A DNA stretch of 64,000 nt from a virus (taxonomy: Duplodnaviria; Caudoviricetes), in the IMG/VR virus record IMGVR_UViG_3300035686_000003, positions 83,707-147,706 of that record. The stretch is one strand, 5' to 3'. Below, piece by piece: positions 49,771 to 61,000 of the stretch. The notes beneath the pieces were generated by a model. The model was not told the origin of the DNA and ran no database searches. It worked only from the letters and a program-made list of their open reading frames with translations. Position 1 is the stretch's first letter, and the number at the start of each line of letters is the position of its first letter. The position numbers and the translations under genes were made by a program.

Positions 49771-50166
49771 CTTCTCGCCTCCGAAAGTTCACAACAGTTT
49801 AACATTAGTTTGCTTTTGTGCCAAGGTGGGGCTAGATCTCGACTGTAGGATTTGGGTCAATGTCAATTTGCCATCCCAAATAAATGTCTTGTGCCTTCTC
49901 GTATATTTCATCCCACATTGCATCAGTAATCTCATCAACCTCAATGTTAAATCCATCGTCAACAAAGATTGAGGTTGAATCATGAGCAGACGTTTCACCA
50001 GGGTAACAAGAATACGCTACGTATTTAAAAATCAAAGCTTTCACAGGGATTCCTCCGTTGGTTTTATTGCTATGATAGGAAAAAGCCGACAAGCCTAAGA
50101 GATGGAGAGAACATCCCAAAGGCTCACTACCATCGGCAGTAAACCCTAGTCCAATTAGGATCTACC

Positions 50167-50916
50167 ATGTCTAATCTAACAGTTTTTCTCAAGCAACTTC
50201 AAGATGAATTTCGTGTTGATACCACGGGCAAAGTATTCACGTCGATACGTGGTGCCGCTCGTTTGGCAGACGTAGATGACGGAGGCATAAGCAAGAGCTT
50301 GAAGAGTGCCACTGACGAGAAGCCACGTCCATTGGCTCTGTTCCTTGTGCAAGAAGGATTTAAGCCTGCTGACCTACTTGAGTGGGGTGAAGTTGGCATA
50401 CCTGACATTGGGCTTGGGTTGATACTGGAATATTACGGATATGAATGCCAAGAGCGATATCGAACTGAGCTAGCAAAACAATGCTGTCGGGCTTTTCGAT
50501 CTGTTGGAATCCGAGCTTGGATACAAAAGGAACTTGACTGGGAAAAACCTAAGTCTACAGCGGATATGCTGATAATATATGCTCAAGCCTTCAAGGAGCA
50601 TGAGGAGCGAATGAGTCGCATTGAACAGCAGAATACTGAAATTAAACATCAACTTGAAGCTATCGATATGGAGACAGCAGCCAACACTGCTGAGCTAGAG
50701 CGATTCTCGAACGGTCACGGATTTTGGACAAGCATTGCAGGTTGGTGCAAAACTCACGACATTAAACAGTCTACTCAATGGATGTCGATTCAAGGACGTA
50801 AGGCAAGTGCCCTATGCAAGCAGAAAGGATTGAAGCCTGTGCCCATACGTGACCCTCGATATGGCGAAGTTAACACTTACCCTGACAGTATCCTAGCTGA
50901 ATTAACTTGGGATTAA
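50167..50916 (+). CDS. Antirepressor-like DNA-binding protein
   Basis: SIRGAARLADVD HTH, coiled coil, GRKASALC...DPRYGEVNTYP. Confidence 0.7.
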   Translation: MSNLTVFLKQLQDEFRVDTTGKVFTSIRGAARLADVDDGGISKSLKSATDEKPRPLALFLVQEGFKPADLLEWGEVGIPDIGLGLILEYYGYECQERYRTELAKQCCRAFRSVGIRAWIQKELDWEKPKSTADMLIIYAQAFKEHEERMSRIEQQNTEIKHQLEAIDMETAANTAELERFSNGHGFWTSIAGWCKTHDIKQSTQWMSIQGRKASALCKQKGLKPVPIRDPRYGEVNTYPDSILAELTWD

Positions 50917-50939
50917 CCTCCCGCCACACCCACACACAA

Positions 50940-50980
50940 AAGCCGCCCAAGGTAGCTATTGCTTTCTCAAGGCGGCTTTT
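50940..50980. terminator. Bidirectional intrinsic terminator
   Basis: AAAAGCCGCC...GGCGGCTTTT between convergent genes. Confidence 0.65.
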
Positions 50981-51080
50981 GTATACCAATTCACCTTATC
51001 TGTGACAACAAAGAGTTGTAGTGCTAAGGCTGCATCCTAGTTAGGCGTGATAGGTAGCACACGCAGGCTATACTTCATTA

Positions 51081-52627
51081 TCACTGATTTTTATCAGAGA
51101 TCTTCTGTACTGTCTGACAGAGGTTAGCGATCGCCGCTTGAGCTTCCACTAGTGCAGCTTTAGCCTCCGAATAGTGGTCGAACAAAGGTTGTTCACCAAT
51201 ATGGGCTACTGTCTGCTCTAGTAAGTCAAGTTTATCTTCAACTTCAATGAAATGGTAGGGTTCAAGATTTGTCATAGCAGGCAAACTCCTAAGAATTCTT
51301 CACCTAAATTGTCGGTAGCATCAGGGTATACTTCTCGTTCAACGTAACTTTCTACTTCATCGGGTAAGCGGCACAACTTGGTTAAACCCACGACAGTTAT
51401 TTGTTGCCATACCTCGAACTCTGCATCCAGCACAAATACTTCTGGGTCACTAGGGATTTCTTGTAGCTTAGCGATCAGTTGTGACTTCTTCATTGCATAC
51501 TCTCTCAAGGAACTCTTTGATTTCTGAAACATCAAAACTCATCTTGCCACCATAATCGTCAATCCAACACCTCCAGTAACCTTGTGGTAAAACGTAATCG
51601 ATTCGTACCTCTTTGCCACAATAGTTGCCTCTAGCTTCTAACGGTGCCCGATCACGAGGGAGTGACTGTTGAATGGATGTCAGATGGATCAAGTCACCAA
51701 AGTTAGTCTTGATAACTTTCGCAAACTCAATCAAATTGTTCACCTTTTACTCCTCTGTATACTGTTGCAACAATTGTACTGCGTCAACGTGCATTGGTTT
51801 GTCATGGATACCAAGGGAGAAGCGAGTGGAGACGATCTTGTCAGCAAGAACAAGGTACACATCCCACAGAGAATATTGTCCATCAGAGAAATTATCGCAT
51901 ACAGCCGACAAATCGAATGTCACGATATAGTTACCAACTTTGAAAGTGAGATTGGTCATTGGTGGTACAAGGAGTTGAAGTGGGTTGAACAAAGTGAACC
52001 TGCTTGAGCAAAAGGATGCCTGTTAGCGTTATGGAACCACTTATTGTTGTCAGAAGTGCCGATGCAAAACCCAAGAAATTCCAATCAACTTTCATCTCGA
52101 CTTCATCTCCGTAATCTTCACGAGTACGATACGCCAATTCTGCTGGTGTAGCCGATTCTCAACATTGCCTTTGTATCCTAGGCGTTGTGCGCTAGCTCGT
52201 ACCTTTTGTTCGACCTCTTCGCGAGTAGTCCCTGCATAGTGTGGTAGATACATTGAACCTGCGGAGGGGCTAATGGATTTGACTATCCAGAGGGTATCTA
52301 GGTGTGGCATCCTCAGTTCTCCATCCAATCATATTTGGTCGTGAGGCGAATGTAATCTTCTGCGTTCATCGGCACCCAAGAAGTGCCAGAGCCTTCATCA
52401 GTAGCCAGAGCCTCCTCAGCTAGCACGAGTTGTAGGCGGGCGATCGCGTGTTCAGGAGAGTCAGCCTCAATGATGTAGACTAGGAACCCCCACATCTGAT
52501 AGTTGCCAAGGTAACCATAGGCTTTAGCATCAGCATCTTTGAGATTGTCAGGGGTTCTTACAATGTCCAAGAACTTGAAGCCTTTGTCGGTAATTACGAT
52601 GTGGTAGCGTCTAACTTTCACTGTCAC
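51081..52627 (-). other. Run of small hypothetical CDSs
   Basis: Overlapping co-oriented ORFs. Confidence 0.6.
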
Positions 52628-52643
52628 TCCTCAATAATTTGTT

Positions 52644-53504
52644 TTACTTGGTGGGCAGAAATTTATCTTTCTCAATGATAGTACTACGATTAGCCACAGA
52701 TTCCAACACATCAACGTTCGCTAACTTTTGTTGACTCCAGTCGGCTATATCACCTCCTTCAGGACAATCACTCCACACTTCCAAGGGATCTAGGACTACG
52801 ATAGGAAACTTATTCTTCGGTAGTACTGGAGCTGCACACGCTTGCCATAGTTTAACGGCTTTTCGATATCCCGGCAAGTCGTAGTCGGGGTAGTAGCAGA
52901 TGCCACTAATGCCTTGTGATCGCAGCACTAGCAGTGAAGCCATGAGGTCGTTAGGTGTCCACGATGCTCCCTGCCAAGTTATAGCAACGATGCCCAACTC
53001 TCTTGCGAACTCAACGCATTTCTCTCCTTCGCAAGCGAGAATCCAGGAGCCATGACCGTACAACTCTGCCTCATCGATTCTGTAGGGGAACCAGACTTTC
53101 GTACCTTTACCCCTGGAACCATTGAAGTAAGGGATAGTGAATTTGTCTTCTCCCTCGTAATACCGATGCACCTTCTGAGACTGCGAGTAAGTATACCACG
53201 TTTCCTGTGCCAAGTCAGCCTTCACTGGTTTGGGGAACCTTGCGAGCTTCACAGGACTTTGGATTAGTGCTGGCAGGTACTTCCGTGGTTGCTGTGAGGA
53301 GTTGCTGCTGCGGTGTCCTAGTGGGGCTACAGCTTCTCTAATCTCTTCTCGTGGGCATTCGCTTGTCCAGCAACTATAGGCTCCTGTAGCCTTTGATATC
53401 GTTAGTCTACGACCGTTACAGATCGGACACTCACAAACAAATTCTGAGGATAACTCAGAGATGACTGTTAAATTTTCGAGGTGGGTTCTGATGTCAAATG
53501 CCAT
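52644..53504 (-). CDS. Primase-like protein (Zn finger plus TOPRIM)
   Basis: CPICNG...CW..C, CEGEKC, PDYDLPG, GGDIADW. Confidence 0.8.
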   Translation of the reverse strand: MAFDIRTHLENLTVISELSSEFVCECPICNGRRLTISKATGAYSCWTSECPREEIREAVAPLGHRSSNSSQQPRKYLPALIQSPVKLARFPKPVKADLAQETWYTYSQSQKVHRYYEGEDKFTIPYFNGSRGKGTKVWFPYRIDEAELYGHGSWILACEGEKCVEFARELGIVAITWQGASWTPNDLMASLLVLRSQGISGICYYPDYDLPGYRKAVKLWQACAAPVLPKNKFPIVVLDPLEVWSDCPEGGDIADWSQQKLANVDVLESVANRSTIIEKDKFLPTK

Positions 53505-55068
53505 GAAGCACCACTACAAGGTATGTGAATGATTCTACTCCTTAAGTAGATGCCTCCTGAGTGGAACTTTATACAACTCCCGCTTCTTGTGCCAAGTGCA
53601 AGTGTATCCTTCTGATGCTTGCCTCTCTGACACTTGCAGCTAACATCATTGCACACACAAAAGGTTGATGCAAGTTGCACCATTCAGGATTCAGGAACAA
53701 ATCTGTTCGATTACGATCTATGCCTGCCTCTTCAAGGATGCGAGCGAAGTGAATTCGAGCATTCATGTAATTCCAGTTAGCCTCCTCAAATTCCCACCAC
53801 TCAGCACAAGGAATCAGCTCCTTAATCTTATCGATAGGCACTTCTTCCTCAATGTAAGACCCTGGTCGAAATCCTCGCCATACAGACTCTTTCTCTGAAT
53901 AAACTAGGTCTGTCCAGCCAGAAGATTCAGCCCAATCCAAAATTGTACGCTTGTTCCACTTAATTAATATCATCGCTTCTTCACCAATACAGGACTACCT
54001 TACCCGACTTATCGACAAAACACCAATGTTGCCAGGAGGGATTAGTTGCAGGAATATTCGCTTCGGTTGGACGCTCCCACAGATATTGTGCAAAGTTATC
54101 GATGGAAACATTGAGGTCTACTAGGTCAGCCTCATGTCCGTCGAGGATATTTTCAGGATCTTCAACTAACTCTTCCGCAGACAACAGGAAATGAATGGTA
54201 GCTGTAGACTCCCACTGCTCAACAGTTACACCATCAAGGTTGATATAAATTGTGTAGGTGCGATAGGGGAAGGATACGATGCGTGGTGAGGAGATGAGGG
54301 TTCTCATAGATCGTCGGGATAGAAGTGACCAAGCAATTCAGGGTCATTGTCAGCATTATCGCAATCGGCATCCACCCAATATGTTGACAATGCAAAATTC
54401 CAATTGTTGCCTTCGCAAGCTGAATTCTTGTGGGACACCATGTACTCTTTAGCGTTATCGAGTGATGAAGCGATATGCATCAAATCTGTTTCAATGATTG
54501 ATACTCCACCAATTTCAACTTCTTCCTGAACTTCAACAACAAATACTTGCATCTTCATCGTTTCCTCCTATTCTACTCAAAAGCCAGCACCCGAAAGCAC
54601 TGGCGTTACACTGGTGTAGCGATGGCGACGAATTAGTTATTCGTCATCATCTTCCAACTCTTCTTCTTCGATTTCGATCTTGCTGAGAATACCGTGGAAA
54701 AAGTTTCCTTCAACAACTTTATCGTGGACATCCCACTCGCCAATCTCAAAGAAGAAGTCTTTGGTAGGTTCTTCATCGTCGTCAAAGCTCACGTTTTGTC
54801 GGGCTTTAGTGACTGCCTCCTCCTCAGACTCAGCATTGACTTCAACAACAAAGTAGCCTGTAAATGGCAGTCGAATGTTGTACCTCTTCATCCTTGTCCC
54901 TCCTGTTCACGAACGTTTACATTGATGCAAACATGACCTGTTGGTGTTACGTCAGCCCAGAAGTGGGCATATGAACCATCTTTGAAGTGAACCATAATCT
55001 CTGATGCCGACAATGTTCGTACAGAAAATACTGTCTTGTCAATAATGGCATTGGGGTCACGCAAGATA

Positions 55069-55404
55069 TTAGGTTGGATACCCATCTTCAGCTACCTCTA
55101 AGTTTTCGCCTATCTCGTGGATGCGACTAACGCTGAGTTCAGCTACCTTCTCCTTGTAGCCATCCTTCCGTTCAACGGTATTCATCCGTAGCGCACCCTC
55201 TACTGCGACCCTTTGCCCACGCTGGAACCCTTTCAATGCTTCGGAAACGTTTCCATAAGCAACGATACAGATGTTCGCAGGAGCTGGCTCTTGGTCACGA
55301 CTATGAAACTGAAAAGTAGCCTTAGCGATAGGAGTTTGGTTGTCAGTGGTGTAACGAAGTTCTGGTTGTGAGAGGAGTGTTCCAATGAATGTTGCACTGT
55401 TCAT
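55069..55404 (-). CDS. ssb: Single-stranded DNA-binding protein (second type)
   Basis: PELRYTTDNQTP, VEGALRMNTVER..GYKEKVAEL. Confidence 0.85.
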   Translation of the reverse strand: MNSATFIGTLLSQPELRYTTDNQTPIAKATFQFHSRDQEPAPANICIVAYGNVSEALKGFQRGQRVAVEGALRMNTVERKDGYKEKVAELSVSRIHEIGENLEVAEDGYPT

Positions 55405-55472
55405 TGCTAAATACCTTAGTGATGTGGACGTAGATTCCTGATAATCGAGAAAGTCTGTGGTGATGCGAAAAT

Positions 55473-55832
55473 TTAGAAGCCGTACTCATCGGTAGCGGTC
55501 GTTGCGGGTGCCTCACGATCATTCTTGCTACCCAACAGATCTAACTTATCCACCTTAATCACTGGTTTGGAACGCTGTGCCCCTGATGTGCGATCATCCC
55601 AACGGTCAATCTTTAGTGAACCAGAGATTCCGATGAGGGAACCCTTTCTCACATAGTTAGCTGCAACCTCGGCAGTCTTTCCCCAAATCTCTAATTCAAA
55701 CCAGTCAGTCTCCTTGTTCTTTGATTGGCGATTGACAGCTAAACTTAACTTAGCCTTCACTTTCCCTGATTCAAAGTACTTCACATCAGGATCTCCGCCA
55801 ACACGACCAACCAAGTTCACTGAATTTAGCAT
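55473..55832 (-). CDS. ssb: Single-stranded DNA-binding protein
   Basis: NSVNLVGRVGGDPDVKYFESG, WGKTAEVAANYVRKGSLIG. Confidence 0.93.
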   Translation of the reverse strand: MLNSVNLVGRVGGDPDVKYFESGKVKAKLSLAVNRQSKNKETDWFELEIWGKTAEVAANYVRKGSLIGISGSLKIDRWDDRTSGAQRSKPVIKVDKLDLLGSKNDREAPATTATDEYGF

Positions 55833-56801
55833 TGTTTTTTCCTTTTACTATTCCTTCAACTCTTACGCCCGGAAGGAGGAGCGGTGCGATATCTTTTCGG
55901 TGGGCGATCGCGTTCCCACAACTCACTTCGTTCGTCTAGTAACTATCGAGCAAAGCTTTCTACTTTAGTAGTGTACCACATATTCGATAGTTACTATTTG
56001 AGCGCAGCGAAACTCAGTTGTCAACAGTTAACAATCTTAGGTATTCATCGTAGTCTACTCTGTTGTAGATGCAAACCCAATACATCCTCATTTTTTGCCA
56101 ACCTTCAGCAATGTTGTTCCAAGTGAGGACTTTGTTTCCTTCATCATCCTCGAAGTAACCAGAGCCAGAAGCCGCAAGAGTCACAGAAATGTTGCCTGTG
56201 CCCCACTCCTTCCTCAAACATTGAAGATAATAGTAAATCTTGTCTACGTCACTGTTAACGTTAGCTTCCATTGTCTCCTCCTGCACGTCTTAAGCGAACC
56301 CGTAGCAACGTCTTCTCTGCCAACACCTTAGCCCTTCTAGCAGCCTCCCTCATTGCAATGCGCCCTTGGCTAACTTCTGTAGTTAACACATCATTGACGA
56401 TGAGCTGCAAACACTTCTCCATCAGTTGCTCATTGGTCAACGCAGTTGCTTCACTATCGCCCACCTTTATCACACAATTGTAGTATACTTCGTCGCTATC
56501 GTTACCGATAGAAGCAAGTGTGTGCAAAAAGTTTTGCAATAGCTCCTCTCGTGACCTACCGGAAATCTCGATGTGGTTTTTGACCATTAGCTTAGCTCTA
56601 GAAGTTGATAGAGCTTGTAGATGGGAATACGTTCTTCAATTGTGATCCCTTTCCTATTCTTGTATGTCTGAACCAAGGATACTTCGAGTTGTATTCCATC
56701 TTTGAACATTACTCGACATGAATCTTCGTTCATTGGTTCAACGTACAAGACTTCTTCCTTGCGTAAAATGTAGCCATTGAAGTTGATATACGTGTTAGCC
56801 A

Positions 56802-57200
56802 TTACTCCTCCAATAGTTGCCTTAGTTGCTCTAGCAAGACTTTAGCCTGCTGGGATACTGATGTAACCCCTTGGTTTTCCTCGAACCACTGAGTCATCGC
56901 TTCGAGAATGAGATTCTGACAGATTATTCGATCACTGTAACTCCGACACTCATCAAGGTTCAACAAGTCTCTATCGGAAGCCAACAGTTTCTCCAGCAGT
57001 GCATTTGCCTGCTCTTGCGGCGATCGCACTAGCTTCTGTTGGGCGGCTGTGGGAGACTGTAACATTGCCTTGACACCTATATCCAAGGCTTCTTTGATAA
57101 TTGTGCTTTTGCGCCTGCCAGTTTTTTTCATCATCTCTTCAATGGCTTCTCCTGTATCAGGGTAAATGATGACTGACAGCATTGGATGTTTTGTCGGCAT
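56802..57200 (-). CDS. RHH-like protein with C-terminal extension
   Basis: LSVII...IEEMMKKTGRRKSTIIKEAL. Confidence 0.6.
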   Translation of the reverse strand: MPTKHPMLSVIIYPDTGEAIEEMMKKTGRRKSTIIKEALDIGVKAMLQSPTAAQQKLVRSPQEQANALLEKLLASDRDLLNLDECRSYSDRIICQNLILEAMTQWFEENQGVTSVSQQAKVLLEQLRQLLEE

Positions 57201-57325
57201 AACGTTCTCCTCTTACATATAGTTTAACACAGTTCACTCAAAATCGTTAACTCTATGGTAAAATAAAAATAACCGCCAGAGAAAATGTAGTTGACTCAAG
57301 CGGTTATCACTTATCACTGAAAACA

Positions 57326-58036
57326 ATGCTATCACGAAATGAGTCTGATTTTATCTTCGGTACAAATGGTCATGCCGGATTGTCGAATCGTAAAGCAGCA
57401 GAGCTTTTGAAAGTGCAACACACAAGCGTAGATGACAGCTTGAAGCCTGGAGTGACTTTCACTGATTTAGAGCTTGAATTGATTGCTACGCAAGGATTTC
57501 AGGGTGGAGTGCTTGTGAAACTGGCTAAGCGTTTTGCAAGATCTCCTTTCGTCAAGGCAGAAACTCGTGAACACTGTCTTGACTTCTTGGAGAAAGTTGG
57601 GATTGTCGGTGCCCAAACTTTTATCAACAAAATGGCTGGGGTAATGGAACCCAAAGATAATCAACCGTTACTTTTGCCTGAACAAAGGCTTGATATTGGA
57701 ATAAGAGCAATCGAGTTGTTCGGCATTGATAAAGACAATCCTCGGTTTGCTCAAGGTCTGAAAGATTGGTGCATGAATCTTTTGCTTAGCGACAAGCTAT
57801 TGCCAGAATCATCTGAGCAATGGCTGGGTGTAGCTGAGAGAGCCGAAGAGTTGGGTTATGGTCGTGTAGGATCAGACTTATCTTTAAGGACACGACTAGG
57901 TTCTTTTGTTGGGAAGGTAGATTTGGAGAGGAAGCGAGAAGAAAGGTTGTGCAACGGAACCACTCGTAAAATCTGGGTCTACAAAGTTTGCCAAGAGCTA
58001 GACGATGTGATTTGTGATTTCTTCAAACAACAGTAG
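57326..58036 (+). CDS. Antirepressor-like DNA-binding protein
   Basis: SNRKAAELLKVQHTSV HTH; WLGVAERAEELGY C-terminal domain. Confidence 0.6.
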   Translation: MLSRNESDFIFGTNGHAGLSNRKAAELLKVQHTSVDDSLKPGVTFTDLELELIATQGFQGGVLVKLAKRFARSPFVKAETREHCLDFLEKVGIVGAQTFINKMAGVMEPKDNQPLLLPEQRLDIGIRAIELFGIDKDNPRFAQGLKDWCMNLLLSDKLLPESSEQWLGVAERAEELGYGRVGSDLSLRTRLGSFVGKVDLERKREERLCNGTTRKIWVYKVCQELDDVICDFFKQQ

Positions 58037-58085
58037 CGCACCCTGAAGCAACTAATGTAACTTTAAGCCGTCTGTAGTTACTGCG

Positions 58086-61000
58086 CTACGGGCGGCTTTT
58101 ATGTGATTCCTTTTCCCAGCCAGGGTATCCGTAATCAGTCTCTCCCGAAACAAGTCCTAGAAATTTTACCTTTGCTTCTTCTTCATTGCCAAGCCCCATG
58201 TAGCTGTCAACGTATGGTAGTAGCTTGTCTAGAGACTTGCGCTGTCGAATTTTGTCCAATGCTACTGTCAATGCCTCATCGCTAGATCTGAAGTCAGTGT
58301 TGTATGCCGCTTTCCCGTATGCAGAGATTAATGATTCTGCTTCTAGTTCTGTTAGCTCTAGGATGTCAATGAACAAACTCTTCAAAAGGGATGCTACTTG
58401 ACGTGGTGTAGCCAGCATTGTATTGGTGCGTTCTGTGAAGTCCGAATCCTTCCGCCACTTTCGCAACAATAGAGCTACGACTCTTCTGTAGTGTTCTTTT
58501 GTTTCCACAGGAAAACTTGAAGTTAATTGCATACTTCGTACTCCTAACTCTCTGTAGTATACCACAAGTTTTAGTAGCGCACCCTAGCAAACTATAGCGG
58601 CATCACTCCCACTCTTGTAGCAGCCACGGCTTTTGCGGCATTAGTTTACCTTCGGCTTTGGGGATGCTGAGGCGAGCGTCATACTCGTCCCTGAAGTGGA
58701 ACCTTTGCTCATCAAAGGACATCAGCTCCCAGACACTATAGTCGATACATTCATCTTCGTCCAAGAACAGAATCCTGTACCAGTCACCAATCGTAATGCT
58801 TGTCATCATTGCATTATCCTTCTTAATTTCCGTAGCATACCACAACTCATCGATTCAGCCAATAGGTGGTCGTGCAGTTCGCACAAGTGATATTGGCAGC
58901 AACACCTGACTTCGTGCCAATGATAAAGGAATCCCTAGCATTGCAGATGGGACACAAGTAACTGTTGTTAGCTTTTGTATCTTTGGTGAGGGCACGAGCG
59001 ATCGCATGGAAGAGATTATTCATGGGTGACGCCCACTATTGCGGCTTGAGTTTCCGTTAGACAACCTTTGTTGGCAGCTAGAACGTGAGCCAGATAATCG
59101 GATACTCCTAATGCTGTCATCTCATAGTAAATCTTGTCATACCACCCGACAGCCGTCCATCCACCTTGAAAACAATAAGTCAAAGACTCCAGATACTCAT
59201 TCCAAACCTTTTCGTCTAGTCCCTGAAGTTCGCTAAGGTATTCAGGATATATTTTAGCGACCATCGCTACAACTTCTTGCTTGAGGATGTCTTTGATATC
59301 AGTCATTGTAATTCCCTTCGCTCTGGATGAATTGGTGGTTGCAGGGGATGCCAATAGGTAGGCACTTCGATGATTCCTTCATGGAGCGTAAGCCACATAT
59401 CCTGATCTTCAGTGTTCATGTCATAACTGCGTTTCGCAATATATGGCTGGGTTTCCGTGAAGCCTGACCTTGCTACCCAAACATATTCCCCATGCTCAGG
59501 TAGGCTGTCAGAAGTCTTACGCCAAAAATAATATTCCTGTGTTGGATAATAGTCTTGCATTGTCTCCTCCTAAACTAAGTTTTCTCTCACACCACACTCT
59601 GCAAACTTTAGCCTTCTTGCTTTAACTCTTGCTGGCTGTAGTAGGCTCTCTCGTACTCTAGTCCTTCAATGAGGTCTTCAAGGGTGTAGAACTTAAACAT
59701 GACAACATTAACTGGAGCGACAACTTCTCCTCCCTTGGATGAAATGTGAATCGTATATTCTGCATTAGCTAACTTAGACACCTGATGTAACAGGGTCATT
59801 ACTTTTGCAAGTTCTACTGTCTCTTTGTTCGCTTCTGCCGACTCTAGTTGGCTATAGTTTGGCGCAATCCAAAATAGATCGAGTTCCTCTGGGACTTCTT
59901 TGAGCTTAACTAGTACCCCTGATTGAGACACTGCACCAAATGTAATACTTTCTATCGTCGCTTCCCGATATCCTTTTTGAGCATCAGGGTAACTCGTTAG
60001 AACTTTGTCCCCAGCACCAAATGTTTCTGCCCACTGTTTCTTTGTTTTCATCTTCATCTCTCCTGAACTCTCTGTAGTATACCACAGTTGACTAAGGTGT
60101 GTAATCGTAGATGATCTCAAACTTTGAGGATTTGTAAACTTTGTCAGCGATCTCCTTCCGGAGATGTTGGATCTGGAAGTCGGCAAATCCTATCTCACTC
60201 AAAGCATTGTAGAAATCAGGATGGGTCACCCCCATGTCAATCAACACTGCTCTCAAGCTCAATGCCCCTGATGATTTGCGTAAATCTTTCACAAGTTACT
60301 CCTGGGAACCTCTAGTTAACTGATCGAGGCTATAATTCCCCCTGAACTCAATCACCTCATCACTATGACGAATATACCTAATCTCTGGTAGGCTCTCGTT
60401 CCTAAAGACCAACCAACCGCTGCAAAAGTTACCTGCTGGGTTGTTGAAGGTGCCATTGAGGAGTACAAGGTCACCCCAGAAGGCTTCGTTGCCTCTACCG
60501 AAAGCTAGGACATGATGCTCTGCTGGTACTCTATCATCGAGAATTTCATCGTGGTAGATGAGCGAGGTGGTTCCGACAATCTCTGTGAATTCATACCCCA
60601 ATGATTCCGCAAACTCGACAATCTTCTCAAGTCGTTCATCCGGAAAGTAATGTTTGGTATCGGACATTGTTGTATCTCCTTAGCGATTGCCGCAATAGTA
60701 AACTTTTGTTGCTTTAGTGATCCTAGATTATTTTTGGTTTTCCTTAATCATGTCGAGAATAATTCTTTCCCAATATTCAAGAACTTCTTTGTTGATTTCT
60801 CCATTCAGCTTCTCGATTCCTAGTCTTTGCTCAATATATCTCGCAATCATCTTAACGCTGACACTCACACACTGATCGAGGATTTGTTCTTCAATTGTTA
60901 TTACAGGTTCTACCTTCCAAGATCTGAGAGTTGTCTTGACTAGATACAACTTTTCAATGAGGTCTTGACTGTTCTCAAATCTAAACAGTGGTTTGCTTGT

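Noticed and set aside
54580-54635. tRNA-like element
   Set aside because: Short hairpins only, with no T-loop or cloverleaf; no tRNA was recognised anywhere in the window.
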